Source: an uncultured delta proteobacterium (GTDB lineage Bacteria; Myxococcota; Myxococcia; SLRQ01). From it: a DNA stretch of 64,000 nt. Under the pieces are notes generated by a model. That model saw only the letters and a list, made by a program, of their open reading frames with translations. It was not told where the DNA came from and made no database searches. Shown here one piece after another: positions 1-9,168 of the stretch. How positions within the stretch are numbered: the first letter of the stretch is position 1; each line of letters begins with the position of its first letter. The translations under genes and the position numbers were made by a program. The stretch spans positions 1 to 64,000 of the forward strand of contig CAVSGM010000002.1 of NCBI GenBank assembly GCA_963727485.1, written 5' to 3'.

Positions 1-352
1 CGGGGGCCCGCGTAGAGCGTGTTCCCAGATCTGGACCACGGTCCACCCAGCGGCCTCCAGCGCGAGCGTCTGCATGCGGTCGCGGTTCACATTTGTGGCC
101 AACTTGGCGGCCCAGAATTGCTCGGAGGTGCGCGGCCGCGAGTAATGCTCGGGACAGCCATGCCAGAAGCAACCGTCGACAAACACAGCGACACGCGCCC
201 GTACGAACACCAAGTCCGGTCGGCAGCCTTGTACCCGGTAGTGCAGCCGGTACCGCAGGCCGCGCGCCCACAGTGCCCTTCGAAGAAGCTAGTTCGGGTC
301 CGGTGTTTCGCGACCGGATCCTTGCCATCTGTTCTGACCGGGACAGTGCCAT
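1..352 (-). CDS. vsr: Very short patch repair endonuclease Vsr; +1 frameshift near 290, runs off the window edge
   Basis: Manual translation: MALSRSEQMARIRSRNTGPEL, then in a shifted frame LRRALWARGLRYR..RPDLVF..AVFVDGCFWHGCPEH..FWAAKLATNVNRDR..LEAAGWTVVQIWEH, which are the Vsr motifs. Absent from the ORF track. Confidence 0.9.
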   Translation of the reverse strand, partial: MALSRSEQMARIRSRNTGPELASSKGTVGARPAVPAALPGTRLPTGLGVRTGACRCVCRRLLLAWLSRALLAAAHLRAILGRQVGHKCEPRPHADARAGGRWVDRGPDLGTRSTRAP

Positions 353-553
353 GGCCAAGACGGATAGTCCACCAGAGGCGAGTTTGTGCCAAGTCTCCAG
401 CGGCGGTCCGTTCCCATGGCGCTCATCAGCACGCCTGCGGAGCCAAGCCGGGTTGGGACAGGCCAAGGGTCCATGATGGGACGTCGGTTACGACCCGTGC
501 TGGTGGTTCTCCGCTATCCGAAACCGCACCGCTGCCTACGCCCGACTCGCCCG

Positions 554-1430
554 CTATACGGGGCGCTTGGACGTCACCTGATAGCCGTTGCCCGTGAGTT
601 CAGACGCCAGGAGATTGTTGTTCAGGAGACGAAGTAGGGTCTTCAGGTCGGCCTTGTTCGTTGGGAGCACGACCCGGCTCTTGTCACGGGTGAGTTCGAC
701 CTTGACGCCGAAGCGCCTCCCCGCATTGACGATCACACTTGGGCGTATGGTGTCGAGGGCCCCCTCCGCCTTGATCGCCGTAATGAGCCGACGCATGACT
801 CTTGTCGTGTTTGAAAGGAGCCAGGGGAGGTCAGGACACTCGATGCACGCTAGGTCTGCGAAGCCCTTCACTTGAGCGTCCGTAGCTGGATTCGTAGTAG
901 CCGTCCAGTGGTATCACTGGGTTCACGAGGGACTCCGAGATGAAGCGGAGGCTCCCGTTAGAATGCACCGCAATAGTGTTTCCGGAAAGTACAATTCCAG
1001 GCGAGCGGTTCAGGCGGTTGGTGTCGCTGCGAAGGGCGATGAAGGTCCCCGGCCGCAGGACCTGGGCGCTGGTGAGGCGGCGCACCACTACCTGCGTGAC
1101 ATTCCTGCCGACTCGCCACCGGCCAATCAATGCCTTGGGGACGAGGTCGCCGAGGCGGGGTGGGAGGGCGGGGAGGTGCTGGTCGGTTCCCACGGGTGGC
1201 GAGATGTCGGTCGGGAGCGGAAACGCGTCAATGCAGAAGACCTCTTCATCGTCAGGATGGTATCCGGGAACGTACTCGCTGGCCTGTGCTTCGAGAAACC
1301 GTTTGGTCGACTCTTCCAGAACATTCCCTAGTACCTCTTGGGCTCGCAACTCCACGGTAAGAGTGAAGAGCTGCCGCTGGCTGCCCGCCACTGCGAGCAC
1401 GAAGAATTCAACTTGCGCCGCCGCGCTCAT
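554..1430 (-). CDS. kwaB: KwaB-like (DUF4868) Kiwa anti-phage protein, split by a +1 frameshift near 887
   Basis: ORFs 831-1430 and 554-871 join as ..LDGYYE/ATDAQVKGF... The C-terminus VVLPTNKADLKTLLRLLNNNLLASELTGNGYQVTSKRPV is DUF4868-like. Overlaps the kwaA-like stop. Confidence 0.8.
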
Positions 1431-1938
1431 CCTCTACCTCCAAGACCGTTCCCTGGAATACTTGCACAACGGTGACCGAGAAGTCTACGCCGTCGTGTAC
1501 TTTCTGCGTCACGAGAAGTGCCTGCTGTCCCGTATCTTTCGTGATGTCGTAAAAGTGATAGCCGAGGAAGCCCAGCAGCGGGTTCACATGGTACAGGTTT
1601 GCCCGATACAGGACTACAAGCAGTAGCATGGCAACCACCGCCAACGCCAAGCCGTTGGTGAGCGTTGGATGCGACGCTAGCAGGGGCAGCGTGTAGGCCA
1701 GCAAGAAGGCTAGAACCTCCTTGTCCGCTGGTCTGCACATCCGGACTGAAATGGCTTCGCGCGCCACCCGCCTCTTTAGGAGTGCGAGTTCGAGCAGGCA
1801 GATAAGTACGGCCAGCGCTGCGACAACGAGGGCAGCGATCGCGGCCCAGAGATTGTCCCGCCACACCACGGCGGCGTAAACAATCGCCACGGGTGCCAGC
1901 GACGTAAGCGCGAGTAGCATATTCCCTAGGCGTGACAA
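1408..1938 (-). CDS. kwaA: KwaA-like four-TM membrane protein of a Kiwa system
   Basis: About 4 hydrophobic helices with motifs LTSLAP, EVLAFLLAYTLP and YHVNPLLGFLGYHFYDI; directly upstream of the kwaB-like gene. Confidence 0.75.
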   Translation of the reverse strand: MSRLGNMLLALTSLAPVAIVYAAVVWRDNLWAAIAALVVAALAVLICLLELALLKRRVAREAISVRMCRPADKEVLAFLLAYTLPLLASHPTLTNGLALAVVAMLLLVVLYRANLYHVNPLLGFLGYHFYDITKDTGQQALLVTQKVHDGVDFSVTVVQVFQGTVLEVEDERGGAS

Positions 1939-2188
1939 GGCTGGTAGAACTCCTTGAGGGGACGTGAAAAAGGCGATCGGCTGTCGCGCGGTGCGCCCAC
2001 GTTCACTAGTGGCAGTCCGGCCTCAGCGGGTGATCGTGACGCTTGTTCTGGGATCGAGCCGGACGCGCAGGGAGGGTTCCTGCGGGTTGCGCTATCCAGC
2101 AAGTGGGACGGTCGGGCTAGCCTTGTCTCCAGGTTCGAGTTGTCGTTGCCGCAATGTAGGGATCATACCCTGGGCCTTGCGCCTGGGC

Positions 2189-3342
2189 TAGTGGCCCGTT
2201 TGTGTAGTGCTGTTGACGGCCGGGTGCGAGTATGATCTACGATGCCGATGGCATCCAAACACCGCATCGAGTTGACTGACAGTGATCGCAGCGAGCTGGA
2301 GGGCTGGCTGCGTACAACGACGATCAGCAAGGGCCTCGCGGACCGCGCCCGGATGATCCTCCTGGCCGCGGATGGGGTGTCGGTACGTAAGACGGCGGAG
2401 CGCGTCGGCGTGTCGTCGATGAGCGTCTTCCGGTGGCGGAAGCGCTTTGCCGCCGAGGGCATCGCGGGCCTGAAGGACCGCCCGCGCTCTGGGCAGCCGC
2501 GCAAGATGACACCGGCCAAGGCCAAGGAGATCCTGCGGCTCACCACCGAGCGGATCCCCAAGGAGGCGACGCACTGGAGCCTTCGGCTGATGGCCAAGTA
2601 CGCCGGAGTGACGGTCCACCAGGTCCGGCAGGTGTGGATGGCCGCCGACCTTCGACCTCACCGCCTCAAGACCTTCAAGATCAGCAAGGACCCCCGCTTC
2701 GCCGAGAAGGTCGTGGACGTCGTCGGGCTCTACCTCCACCCGCCGGCCAACGCCGTGGTGCTCTCGGTGGACGAGAAGACGCAGATCCAGGCCCTCGACC
2801 GCACCCAGCCGATGCTCCCGTTGCGGCCGGGCCAGGTGGAGCGGCGGACCCACGACTACGAGCGCCACGGGACGGCAAGCCTCTACGCCGCTTTCGACAT
2901 CGCGTCGGGCAAGGTGCTCGGACGGGTGACTCACCGACATCGGGCCAAGGAGTTCCTGGCGTTTCTTCGCCAGATCGACAAGGCCGTGCCGGAGTGGCTC
3001 GACCTGCATCTCATCCTCGACAACTCGAGCACGCATACCACGCCGGAGGTTGAGGCGTTCCTCGAGAAGCACCCTCGGTTCGAGCTTCACTTCACGCCCA
3101 CCAGCGCGTCGTGGCTCAACGCGGTCGAGGGGTGGTTCTCATTGCTGGAGCGCCGGTCGGTTCGGCGAAACTCGTTCACGAGTGTGGAGGTACTCCGGCA
3201 GGAGCTCCGTCGTTTCATCGCCGCCCACAACGCCGAGTCGGCCAAGCCCTTCATCTGGACGAAGTCTGCTGAAGCGACCATCGGATCGGTCAACCGGGCG
3301 AAGGCTGGCGCGACGGAACAGAACTAACCAAACGGGACACTG
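2189..3342 (+). mobile_element. IS630-family insertion sequence
   Basis: Terminal IRs GTGGCCCGTTTG (2191-2202) and CAAACGGGACAC (3329-3340) match 11/12. TA on the left flank, TG on the right. Confidence 0.85.
2242..3327 (+). CDS. IS630-family transposase
   Basis: N-terminal HTH plus SVDEKTQIQAL, HDYERHGT, LILDNSSTH and FTPTSASWLNAVEGWF motifs. Confidence 0.95.
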   Translation: MPMASKHRIELTDSDRSELEGWLRTTTISKGLADRARMILLAADGVSVRKTAERVGVSSMSVFRWRKRFAAEGIAGLKDRPRSGQPRKMTPAKAKEILRLTTERIPKEATHWSLRLMAKYAGVTVHQVRQVWMAADLRPHRLKTFKISKDPRFAEKVVDVVGLYLHPPANAVVLSVDEKTQIQALDRTQPMLPLRPGQVERRTHDYERHGTASLYAAFDIASGKVLGRVTHRHRAKEFLAFLRQIDKAVPEWLDLHLILDNSSTHTTPEVEAFLEKHPRFELHFTPTSASWLNAVEGWFSLLERRSVRRNSFTSVEVLRQELRRFIAAHNAESAKPFIWTKSAEATIGSVNRAKAGATEQN

Positions 3343-3399
3343 CGGCATGCACCATCGGACGGGCGCTGCTCGGCTCGGGGCACGTCCGGCCGTCGAAGC

Positions 3400-3790
3400 C
3401 CGTGGTCTTGCCCTGGCCGAGACGAAAGCGCCTGGCACGAGCGCAGAGATCCGGCGCTTGGCCGCGAGCTCCACGGAGGCCGAGCCGTGTACTCAGCGAC
3501 GAGGTGGACATCCACCTCAACCCGCACATCGGGCAGGACGGATGTTGCCAGGCCAGCAGCGCCCGTGGTCACGCCGGGCCAGAACAAGAAACGCTACCTC
3601 GCCGGCGCCTCCCCGCTGGCACCCGGAAGATGGTGTGGGTGGCCGGAGACCAGAAGGCGAGCTGGCTCTTCGCCAGCTCCGGGCGCCTGTGCAGCGCACC
3701 CGAAGGCGAAGCGGATCCACCTATCTGGACAACTACATCATCCACAAGAGCAAGGTGACCAGCGGGTGCTGGCAGCTCGGCGAGGGTGAG
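3400..3790 (+). pseudogene. Degenerate transposase of a second, different IS630-type element
   Basis: Motif pieces spread over three frames: DEVDIHLNPHIG, VVTPGQNKKRYLAGA, LDNYIIHKSKVT. Confidence 0.8.
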
Positions 3791-3974
3791 TGAGGGGCTA
3801 GGAGAGGAGCGCCACTCCCACGTTCACTGAAGCCTACCCGGCGAACCATGTCCAATCAATTGGAACCCGATAGTGGAGAGATAAAGCCGCTCGATGCTTC
3901 CCGCTCGCGTGTCCCATCGGCGGGTCCGGCACCTCTTTCGCGAGTTGAGCCGCTACAGGATCGCTTCGCCGTAG

Positions 3975-4196
3975 CCCGCGCCGCCATCAGCGCCTCGGCC
4001 ATCGCCTTGGCCATCGACCGGAGCACGTCCGGGTCGGCCTCCGCAAGGCTCTTGCGCACCACCGCCGCCTCGTCCATCCTGGGGTCCTCGGCCATCGTGA
4101 CGTCCTCCTTTCAGGTTTCCACCTTCAGGATGGCGCGATGGCCGTTTCTCATGAAGCCCTTGGGGAGGGCTCTCCACCACTCAGGCGGACACCAAC
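3975..4196 (-). pseudogene. IS256-family left end with truncated transposase N-terminus
   Basis: RBS AGGAGG followed by MAEDPRMDEAAVVRKSLAEADPDVLRSMAKAMAEALMAA (start 4095), which resembles mutator-type N-termini; similarity is lost after about 40 aa. Confidence 0.6.
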
Positions 4197-4214
4197 GGAT
4201 TCGGTGGTGGCTGA

Positions 4215-6047
4215 TCAGGGACTGATTGCGTTCGTCCTGTAGTCGATCTTGCAGCCTCTGAACTCAGGGGGGTTGGAGAAGTTGAGATCCACCAGCCACT
4301 GGACGTGCACGAAGTAGGCTTGGTTGGCGACCACCGTGCCCGTTGGTAGCGATACCGATGCCTCTGTACCTGTGTAGTTGGCGCTCACCGCCGGCGTACT
4401 CGCGTCTATTGTCGCCACTGTCGACCAAGCGGCTGCCCCCGCCCAGCCCTCACCGAAGGTGATGAAGAGCGACCTGAGGTCTCCTCCTGGGTTTGGGTTC
4501 AGGTACCAGCAGTGCAGAGCCGTGAGCTCCGCACCCTTCGGCAGGTCATGAACAACCGCGAAGGACTCATCGTCGTCAAAGCCTGAGGCTGTAGAACAAG
4601 GCCCCACGATCTTGCGGCCTACCTCGTTGCGAGACACCGGGCACGGGGGCGGGCTGGAGATGTCACGGAAGTCGGCCGCCGGGACATCGACCTTCCCGTA
4701 CTGCCACGCGCTGTAGGTGTACTGGCCGGTGGCAACGACCGACCCAGTGCTGACCACCCCGTGGGCTGTGACTCTTCCCGTGAAGGTCTGGTCCCCGGTG
4801 AGGGTCGCTGCGGTACCGCTGATGGTGCTCGGTGGCAGGGGGGTGCTCAACGCAAAGGCGTTCCCGCTCAACGTCAGGTTGGCGCCGGCCGTGTAGGTCG
4901 TGTTGCTGTCCGCAGCACAGGCCCAGGCGGCCCCATTCCACTTGGCCACCTGCCCGTATTGGCAGGCCAGCGCGCCCACCGTCGCCGGCCGTCCGGTGAG
5001 GTCGCTGTAGGCCCCAGTGGTCGCCACCTTCGCCAGGTTGGCGGTCTTCGCGTAGCCGACCTTGGAGACGTACTGGTCGACGGTTACCTCGCTGAGCGTG
5101 GTGTCCTTGTCCGAGGCACAGGCCCAGGTGGCCCCGTTCCACTTGGCCACTTGGCCGTTGGCGCACGACAGTGCGCCCACCGTCGCCGGCTTGCCGGTGA
5201 GGTCGGTGTAGGCGCCTGTGGTCGCCACCTTCGCCAGGTCGGCGGTCTTCGCGTAGCCGACCTTGGCCACGTACTGGTCGACGGTGGACTCGCTCAGGGT
5301 GCTGTCCTGGTCTGTGGCGCAGGCCCAGGCGGTTCCGTTCCACTTGGCCACCTGGCCGCTCGCGCAGGACAGCGCGCCCACCGTCGCCGGCTGGCCGGTA
5401 AGGTCCGCGTAGGCTCCGGTGGTCGCCACCTTTGAAAGGTCAGCGGTCTTCGCATAGCCGACCTTGGAGACGTACTGGTCGACGGTGCTCTCGCTCAGGG
5501 TGGTGTCCTCGTCCGCGGCACAGGCCCAGGCGGTCCCGTCCCACTTGGCCACCTGGCCGCTCGCGCACGACAGCCCCCCCAAGGGGCTGCCCTGGCCCAC
5601 GGTCGAGGGCACGTTCGTGATCCCCGACCAGTCCACCGAGCCCGCGTACTGGGCCACGGCCGCGTACGGCGTCGTCGCAAGCTGGTAGCGCGGCGCGAGC
5701 TCGGGGGCGCCGTTCACCGACACGCCGACGAAGAGGGTCGGGTGGTCGCGGAAGAGCGAAAGGTCGAGCGGTACCGCCCCATTCTGCCCGAGGTAGAGGC
5801 TGAAGCTCCCCTGGTCGGCCTGCACCGTCTGGGTCTCCTGGTAGAGCGCCGTGATGCCACCGGAGGGCTGGGCCCACAGGGACACCGTGAGGTTCACCTG
5901 CCCGTTCACCGGCTTGCCGGATGCGTCGGTGAGGTACCCCTGGACGGGCAGGTAGGCCGGGGCCGTCGGGCCCGTCGCCCACGCCACCGCCGAGGGGATC
6001 CACGCCATCATCGCGACAACCGCCAACCACTTGGTCCGCCCGCTCAT
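4215..6047 (-). CDS. Exported fibre-like protein with 67-aa tandem repeats
   Basis: RBS GAGGAG and signal peptide MSGRTKWLAVVAMMAWIPSAVAWA. N-domain QGYLTDASGKPV..PRYQLATTPYA, then repeats, then a distinct C-terminal domain. Confidence 0.85.
   Translation of the reverse strand: MSGRTKWLAVVAMMAWIPSAVAWATGPTAPAYLPVQGYLTDASGKPVNGQVNLTVSLWAQPSGGITALYQETQTVQADQGSFSLYLGQNGAVPLDLSLFRDHPTLFVGVSVNGAPELAPRYQLATTPYAAVAQYAGSVDWSGITNVPSTVGQGSPLGGLSCASGQVAKWDGTAWACAADEDTTLSESTVDQYVSKVGYAKTADLSKVATTGAYADLTGQPATVGALSCASGQVAKWNGTAWACATDQDSTLSESTVDQYVAKVGYAKTADLAKVATTGAYTDLTGKPATVGALSCANGQVAKWNGATWACASDKDTTLSEVTVDQYVSKVGYAKTANLAKVATTGAYSDLTGRPATVGALACQYGQVAKWNGAAWACAADSNTTYTAGANLTLSGNAFALSTPLPPSTISGTAATLTGDQTFTGRVTAHGVVSTGSVVATGQYTYSAWQYGKVDVPAADFRDISSPPPCPVSRNEVGRKIVGPCSTASGFDDDESFAVVHDLPKGAELTALHCWYLNPNPGGDLRSLFITFGEGWAGAAAWSTVATIDASTPAVSANYTGTEASVSLPTGTVVANQAYFVHVQWLVDLNFSNPPEFRGCKIDYRTNAISP
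4905..5575 (-). repeat. 201-bp tandem repeat, 3 full copies plus 1 partial
   Basis: CACTTGGCCAC recurs at 4939, 5140, 5341 and 5542, an exact 201-bp period. Confidence 0.95.
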
Positions 6048-6076
6048 CTTCTTCTCCTCTCGCGCGTTGGCGCGGC

Positions 6077-6499
6077 TCAAGGTCCTGCGTTGGGGCCGAG
6101 GCCCAGGTGGTGGTCAGGGCTCGTGGCGCTGCCAAGGGGCTGTGGAGCGCCGACGTTCAGGCGCAGTCGGTAGTCTCCGCCCGCCGCGGCACCACCGCCT
6201 CCGGTCACCTGGATCCAGGCGCGGGCAGGCATCGGCGAGCCAGCGTCCGTGAGACCACCGTCGCCAACCCCGGCGTCGGTCGCTCCGCCGTCGGCTACGC
6301 CAGCGTCCGCCACCCCGCCATCGAGAACGCCAGCGTCGGTCACCCCACCATCGAGAACGCCAGCGTCCGCCATCCCGGCGTCGACGAACCCGGAATCACG
6401 CATCCCGGCGTCTCGAGTTCCAACGCTTGGAGGGGTCCTGGGGCAGCCGGCCAACGACGCAACCACCACGAGAGCTCCAATCCACGTCACGGATCGCAC
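6077..6499 (-). CDS. Lipoprotein with DAG/DGG low-complexity repeats
   Basis: GTG start after GGGGAG; lipobox SLAGC; (DAGVLDGGVT)-like 30-bp repeats at about 6240-6410. Confidence 0.75.
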   Translation of the reverse strand: MRSVTWIGALVVVASLAGCPRTPPSVGTRDAGMRDSGFVDAGMADAGVLDGGVTDAGVLDGGVADAGVADGGATDAGVGDGGLTDAGSPMPARAWIQVTGGGGAAAGGDYRLRLNVGAPQPLGSATSPDHHLGLGPNAGP

Positions 6500-7048
6500 G
6501 GTGATGTCTCCCCCATCTCGTGTCTCCCGCTCGCTGCGGGTCGACTTATAGGAACTGCGGAGCATTACTTAGCGCGCCCGAGATCTCGCCCTTCACGGAC
6601 TTGTCCGACTTCTCGATTCCGAGCGGGCCACCGCGGGCTACGGGCGGGATCACGGCGAGCTGCATCGTCACGGTACGCATCTCCAGTCCCTCCCAAGTGT
6701 CGAGATGCCGGGTACAGCGCCGGCAGTGCGTGGCCGCACCCCCGTGCAAGCGCTGGACCTTCCGACCGTCCCCCGGCGAAAGCGGGGCATCATCTAGCAG
6801 ACGGCCCCGGATGGGACAACCCCTAATAGGGAGGTGGCGTTGTCCTGGTGCACGCGGGCCTGCGCCGTTCCGCGTTCGCTGTGATCCGTCCGCTGGGAGT
6901 GGACGCACGGAACCGCGCGGCGGTCCGGATGCCAGACGCCCGTCCGGTCGTCGGACGGCCCGGCAGAGCACCGGAGCGCGGGGCGTGGTTCAAACGCCGC
7001 CGCCCGGGCGCCCACCCCGTGGCCATGCCGGCGGTATGATGCCAGGTC

Positions 7049-7753
7049 ATGAGCCGGGCGAGCCTCGCCATCGTCGCCACGGGCGTGGCCGTGTTCCTCG
7101 TCGCCATCGCCCACGTGCTCCACCCGGGGCGCGCGGTCCCCGCCGTCGCCACCGCGCCGCTGGCCCGCGCGACCCAGGCGCCGCCGACCCCCCCCGCACA
7201 GCCCGCGCCAGCCACCCCGCCACCCCCACCGCTCGCCGCCCGACCGCCCGCGCCGCCGCCCCACCGCGCCGCCCCACCACCGGCGCCACCCGACCCGCCC
7301 GCGGCGCTCACCCCCGCCCAGCAGCACATCGTCGAGGTCCTCCGCGAGGGCCGGAGCGCGCGCCCCCTCGGCACCCCCTGGGACAACGTCCCAATCGTCG
7401 CCGAGCCGGCCCTCCTCGCCGCCGGCGGCTCCGAGGCGGCCTTCCTGCGCAGCTTCCGCGACGACCTCGCCCACGACCCCGCCCTCCGCCGCGACCTTGG
7501 CCAGTGCTTCGCCGCCTGGACGCCCCCCGAGGACGTCACCAACGTGGATCTCGACCTCATCGTCCGCGTCGAGACCACCGAGCACGCCTTCCTCGTCCGG
7601 GACGCCACCGCGGACGACGAAGCCCCCGAGGACGCGTCCCTCGGCGCCTGCGTCGCCGCCGCCTTCCGGAACCGGACCCTCGACCAGTCCGGGGTCCCGG
7701 CGGACCAGCGCTGGGCCATGGTGCTCCCGCTCCACCTCCCCGTCGGCGACTGA
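7049..7753 (+). CDS. Hypothetical membrane-anchored protein with Pro-rich linker
   Basis: N-terminal hydrophobic helix, Pro-rich linker, two-Cys globular C-terminus; GC3-rich codons. Confidence 0.7.
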   Translation: MSRASLAIVATGVAVFLVAIAHVLHPGRAVPAVATAPLARATQAPPTPPAQPAPATPPPPPLAARPPAPPPHRAAPPPAPPDPPAALTPAQQHIVEVLREGRSARPLGTPWDNVPIVAEPALLAAGGSEAAFLRSFRDDLAHDPALRRDLGQCFAAWTPPEDVTNVDLDLIVRVETTEHAFLVRDATADDEAPEDASLGACVAAAFRNRTLDQSGVPADQRWAMVLPLHLPVGD

Positions 7754-7875
7754 GGCCCCCGGGCCCACCCGCCCGCACCCCGCGCGCCCCGCCCATGGGG
7801 CCCATCCCCGCCCGGGGCTCACCCCCACGGCGCCCCCGCCCGATGGTCCTAGCCTTCTCCAGGAGGACCATCCGC

Positions 7876-8505
7876 ATGCCTACTCCAGATCAGATCGTCT
7901 CGAGTCTCCAGGAGCTCACCGCCACCTGGCGAACCCTCGCCATCGTCTGGCACATCCTCTTCGCCGGCCTGGTGTCGCTCCTGGTGTTCGGCAGCCGGCC
8001 GAGCCGCCGCGTCGTCGGCGTGTTCCTGACCCTGCCGCTCTTCTCCGTGGCCATCCTCGCCTTCGCCACCGCCAACCCCTTCAACGGCATCCTCTTCACC
8101 GCCGGCGCCGTGGCGCTGGCCGCCGTCGCCATGAGCTGGGAGAAGGCGCCGGTGACCCTCGGGGTGCCGTGGATCGTGCTCCTGGCCGTGGTGATCTTCG
8201 CCTTCGGCTGGGTGTACCCGCACTTCAACGCCGACGCGCCGCCCCTGGCGTGGCTCTACGCGTCGCCCGTGGGCGTGGTGCCGGCGCCGACCGTGGCGCT
8301 GGTCATCGGTTCGGCGCTGCTGGTCGCCGGCCTCGAGTCGCGGACGTACTCGGCGCTGCTGGGGATCCTCGGGCTCTTCTATGGGATCTTCGGCGTGGCG
8401 CGCCTCGGCGTGGTCCTGGACTGGGGGCTGGTGCTCGCGTCGCTGGTGCTGCTGGTGGTGACCTTCGTGCGCGCGCCCCGGGCGCTGACCCACGCGCACC
8501 CGTAG
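7876..8505 (+). CDS. Polytopic membrane protein of unknown function
   Basis: AGGAGG RBS at 7861 and ATG at 7876; about 7 hydrophobic segments. Confidence 0.8.
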   Translation: MPTPDQIVSSLQELTATWRTLAIVWHILFAGLVSLLVFGSRPSRRVVGVFLTLPLFSVAILAFATANPFNGILFTAGAVALAAVAMSWEKAPVTLGVPWIVLLAVVIFAFGWVYPHFNADAPPLAWLYASPVGVVPAPTVALVIGSALLVAGLESRTYSALLGILGLFYGIFGVARLGVVLDWGLVLASLVLLVVTFVRAPRALTHAHP

Positions 8506-8535
8506 ACGCACGGGGCCGGCGGGCCGGGCAGGGCG

Positions 8536-9111
8536 CTACCCGGTGCCCCCCGCCCGCCGCTTCCGAAGCGCCGCGATCCCAAAGAAGTTCAGGGTGAAGT
8601 GCGCCAGGATCGGCGCCATCAGCACCCCGCTCGCCTGGTAGAGCAGCCCCAGGGCCACCCCCATCACCGCCGCGAACACCGGCCAGAAGCGCATCTCCTT
8701 GCCCGGCGCCAGGTGCATCAGCCCGAAGACCAGCGCCGAGGGCACCAGCCCGATCAGCGGCAGCAGCGCCCCCCGGAACAACAGCTCCTCGGCCACCCCC
8801 GACGCCGTCGCCGCCACCACCAGCTGCCAGGGGCTCACCGGCCCCATGAGCTCGGCCATCTGATCGTTGAAGCCCCGGGTCAGGCCGAACCAGCGCTCCA
8901 CCGCCTCGCCCCCCAGGTGCACCGCCAGCCCCAGGGCGATCCCGAGGCCGAGCCCCACCCACGCCGGCACCGGCCCCGGCCACCCGGGCGGGATGTGCCA
9001 CAGGGACGGGAGGTGGAAGATCAGGGCCAGCGCCCAGGCCACCAGCGCCATGATCCCGTAGAATCCCGCGACCAAGGTCGCCGACAGGGTGGGGCGTGTC
9101 TCTGGCTCCAT
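8536..9111 (-). CDS. CPBP (CAAX/Abi) intramembrane glutamic endopeptidase
   Basis: Motifs EELLFRG, FGLMH and AHFTLN. Confidence 0.9.
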   Translation of the reverse strand: MEPETRPTLSATLVAGFYGIMALVAWALALIFHLPSLWHIPPGWPGPVPAWVGLGLGIALGLAVHLGGEAVERWFGLTRGFNDQMAELMGPVSPWQLVVAATASGVAEELLFRGALLPLIGLVPSALVFGLMHLAPGKEMRFWPVFAAVMGVALGLLYQASGVLMAPILAHFTLNFFGIAALRKRRAGGTG

Positions 9112-9168
9112 GGCTCCTGATATAGGACGGGCCTAGCCTGTGGCGTAACCACCTCTGGCACCCGCACC

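Noticed and set aside
377..392. TTGGCAC..TCGC upstream of vsr as a sigma54 promoter
   Set aside because: GG-to-GC spacing is 9, not the required 10.
4905..5575. Regular repeats as a possible CRISPR array
   Set aside because: The 201-bp in-frame coding repeats have no unique spacers, and there are no cas genes.
6546..6971. 141-aa minus-strand ORF upstream of the lipoprotein
   Set aside because: No motif, poor codon bias and no clear RBS.
8536..9111. Abi-domain protein as a phage abortive-infection gene
   Set aside because: CPBP/CAAX protease motifs in a housekeeping context; the Abi name does not imply defence.
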